Source of the DNA: Felis catus
Taxonomy: Eukaryota
Assembly (NCBI RefSeq): GCF_018350175.1
Contig: NC_058368.1
Coordinates: forward strand, 100,070,001-100,134,000
Direction: 5' to 3'
Length of the DNA: 64,000 nt
Shown piece after piece: positions 61,360 through 64,000 of the stretch (within the stretch, counting starts at the first letter, position 1; every line of letters starts with the position of its first letter). A model generated the notes under the pieces. The model did not search any database, was not told where the DNA came from, and worked only from the letters and a program-made list of their open reading frames with translations. A program made the translations under genes and the position numbers.

Positions 61360-64000
61360 CACTATAGACACTTGAAATCATTTATTCAAGGCATTTTTAC
61401 ATAATCTTGCAATCATAGTATAGGCATATAATAAAAGAATGTGAGAATGTAAAGAAGAATATAAAGCCAGTGTCTGGGCATTTAAAATAAAAGCTCTTTA
61501 AAAAAGTTACAGATGTTTTACAAATAGGATTCCTTAAAAATTTGGAAGAAACTAAAACTTCATCAAAAACATTACAATACCAAATCACATGTCATTTAGT
61601 TCATAGCAAGCAGTTATATATTAATTAAATGTTTCTATCTTGTGAGCTAAGACTTAATACATTTTACATTCAAGTTGAAATATTTCAGCACCATTTTGGT
61701 TTGAAGGATAAATGAAATGCTTTAAGTGTTCAAAAGTGGCCCAGGCCTTTGGGTAGTTGGGAATGAGATAGAGCTGTTGATTGAATATGCTGATTGTGAA
61801 TATGAATTCTGAACATAAAAAATCCAGAAAAGGGGCATTTTTACTTATCATCTACTATACAGTTAATATCAAAACAAGGTATTTTTAAATTGTATTTTCA
61901 CACAGTTTGATAAAGATGAATTCTCAGTGCCATGATCATTTTAGTGGACTGCATTTCCTTCAGAATCTGAATATTACGAATGTTTATAAGTGTGATTATC
62001 CTATGAGATTTCAGAGAGAAAAAAATTGTTCATTATTACAAACAAAACATAGCGAATAATTAGATGATAGAAATTGTGGGTAAAATTACTATGTAAAAAT
62101 ATAAAGATTTCCTGGAAACAGGCAATGGATTCTTGTGGATACTTGTGGATTCGTATGTTATAGTACTGTTGGGAGACTGAATCCTAGCCTCAAAGGTCAA
62201 GACATCTTTAATGCAGACTGCAGTCTAAATAATTATGAGGCTACTAACATGGCATATGGAAGGAGTCAATAAATTATTTTCTTATTTAGTCCTTTTTTTC
62301 AGAGTCTTTATTAGTTTAAAAGCCAATCTCTTTCCAGCACTCCACATTCTTGGGATTATTTCTATCTCCTTTTTAAAAAATATTTTATTTGGAGTTTGGT
62401 AAGGCTGGATTATGTTTTTTGTTTAAATTTTATTAATGAATAACTTTGACCAGCTAATCACTATATGTGAATTTTTGTGGTTATTCAGATACGAGATCCC
62501 TTGAGGTTCAAAAATATTGAGTGTTAAATCAATACTTATGAGTTATTCGGGAGTGTTTAAGGGTAATGGGAGGAAGGAATATTTACATAAGGAATAAGCA
62601 AGAAAGTTTAGCCTCCTAATTGAAACTTTTTTTTCTCAAAATCAACCAAATAGTAGGCTTTATATTTAAGAGGCAGACATTTCAAGGATTGAAAACATAG
62701 TTTTAATTATTAGTAACACATACATGCATATAGCTATTTATTTTAACTTATTTTTTTAAAATAAAATATGGTCATGAAAAACAATAGTGCTAAAAAAAGA
62801 AAAATTTCAGACATGTACTTATAGTTGTTAAAAATGAAATAAAGTGGACCTAAAGGGAGATAATGACATTTTTAATACTTCTTGAGGTTAGGAGACAGTT
62901 GTTGTTTTTTAATATCCCAAGGCCTAGCATGTAAGCACCTGGCATGTAATTAGGCCCTTGAATGATGATGGATGGACAGACAGATGGAAAGCTCCATGAA
63001 TGATAGTAAATGTCTTCTCATATGTGTCCAAAGGCCATGCTATAATTTTTACAAGGATAAGAATCTCAATGGCCTTGATCTGTAGATGCCAGTCTGGCTC
63101 AGTATTAATACTGACAGTAGTTTTGTTGTGTTTTTTTTTATGCAAGTATATTAAAATATCTCTATTAGAAAAGATAATAATTTGAAAGGATCACTCTACA
63201 GTCTTAAAACTAAAAAACGCAACATAAGGCAAAGAGGTACATCAAAGAAGCTATTCCGTAGCTCAGATACTAGCTCAGTAAAAGTTCTGGGTCTCTATCA
63301 AGCCGCATTCTCTGTTGGTAAGCGTGTGCCCTGGTAGAGGAGGATCACATCGGCGCCTGGACGATGGTCCATCTCTAGCCCCTCTTGCCACGCTAGGCAC
63401 TAGTGAATAGGGAACGATTCTTAGTAGTTGGTGTTGACTTTACGAGTCTATGACGTATGATATACGTGACATAACAGTGAGGGATGCCACCTCACTTTTA
63501 AATTCTACCAAACATGTCCTGGCACTGGAAATCCCTTGCTTGAGATTTGAATACTGGTTCACGTAGGAAGACTTCTGCCTGAGCACCACTAACTTAAAAG
63601 TGTCATTTGATTTCTCTCTGCACCTTTTGGATCTAGGGGGGAAAAAAAGGAATCTTCCAAATTTTGTTGTGGCACATGGTTTCACAGTTTGAAAATAAAA
63701 TCACAGCTGTCTCATGGTGCAGCACAGCCCTTCGTTGTATAGAAAGTATTCTCTTTCCCTTATTCACCAACCCCTCAAGTATGTAGTGTTACATGCTTTG
63801 CTAATTTGGTTTACACTTCAGACACACAGGAAAAAAAAATGTATGATTGATTCCTGGATGACCTGATAATGTTCCTATATCCAGATATGATGTTTTCTCT
63901 TCTGGATAATTAAAAAAAATTTTTTTTAGCATTCTTCATTTTAAAGCATTCTTCATTTTCTACATTTAAAAAATGTAGAAAAGTTGAAAATCCTAAGATG
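61360..64000 (-). other. LOX: LOX (lysyl oxidase) distal 3' UTR; coding part lies beyond the right edge
   Basis: The reverse complement matches recalled human LOX 3' UTR blocks (GAGGGGCTAGAGATGGAC, GGAATAGCTTCTTTGATGTACCTCTTTGCC, CTTTTAAGTTAGTGGTGCT, CATACTTGAGGGGTTGGTGAA). Consistent with known tail-to-tail SRFBP1-LOX synteny. Repeat-poor. Confidence 0.85.
61381..61386 (-). terminator. Candidate LOX distal polyadenylation signal
   Basis: TTTATT on + is AATAAA on -. A GU-rich element (GTGGTCATTTGTTGTT on -) lies about 25-40 nt downstream. Confidence 0.65.

Noticed and set aside
63240..63500. Random-looking segment suspected to be foreign or inserted DNA
   Set aside because: Colinear with the recalled human LOX 3' UTR; only the CpG excess is kept as a finding.
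1..64000. CRISPR arrays, tRNA/rRNA genes, prokaryotic operons or a novel multi-gene system
   Set aside because: Mammalian DNA with no repeat-spacer arrays; tRNA-like boxes belong to SINE heads; all long ORFs are explained by SRFBP1 or repeats.

Overview
Repeat-rich, AT-rich mammalian genomic DNA from a felid/feliform carnivore, judged from Can-SINEs with the feliform-type CTCAGAGCCTGGAGCCTG segment and L1_Fc-like 3' ends. The + strand carries the last five coding exons of SRFBP1 (serum response factor binding protein 1, BUD22 family) at 21848-39466, followed by its 3' UTR. About 21 kb of repeat-rich intergenic DNA follows. From about 61360 to the window end lies the distal 3' UTR of LOX (lysyl oxidase) on the - strand, tail-to-tail with SRFBP1. 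The rest is LINE-1/L2, Can-SINE, MIR, MaLR/ERV LTR and DNA-transposon remnants. I found no support for a new multi-gene system. The most notable observations are: (1) the expected acceptor of the 38-nt penultimate SRFBP1 exon reads GG instead of AG, with an in-frame rescue acceptor 9 nt downstream; (2) an L1 with a 2.1-kb internal inversion and a 31-bp breakpoint duplication, which also hosts nested Tigger1 and SINE insertions; (3) inverted SINE pairs bracketing exons. Gene and repeat names come from my recognition of the sequence, not from database searches. Repeat boundaries are approximate. Exon numbers follow the human gene as I recall it.
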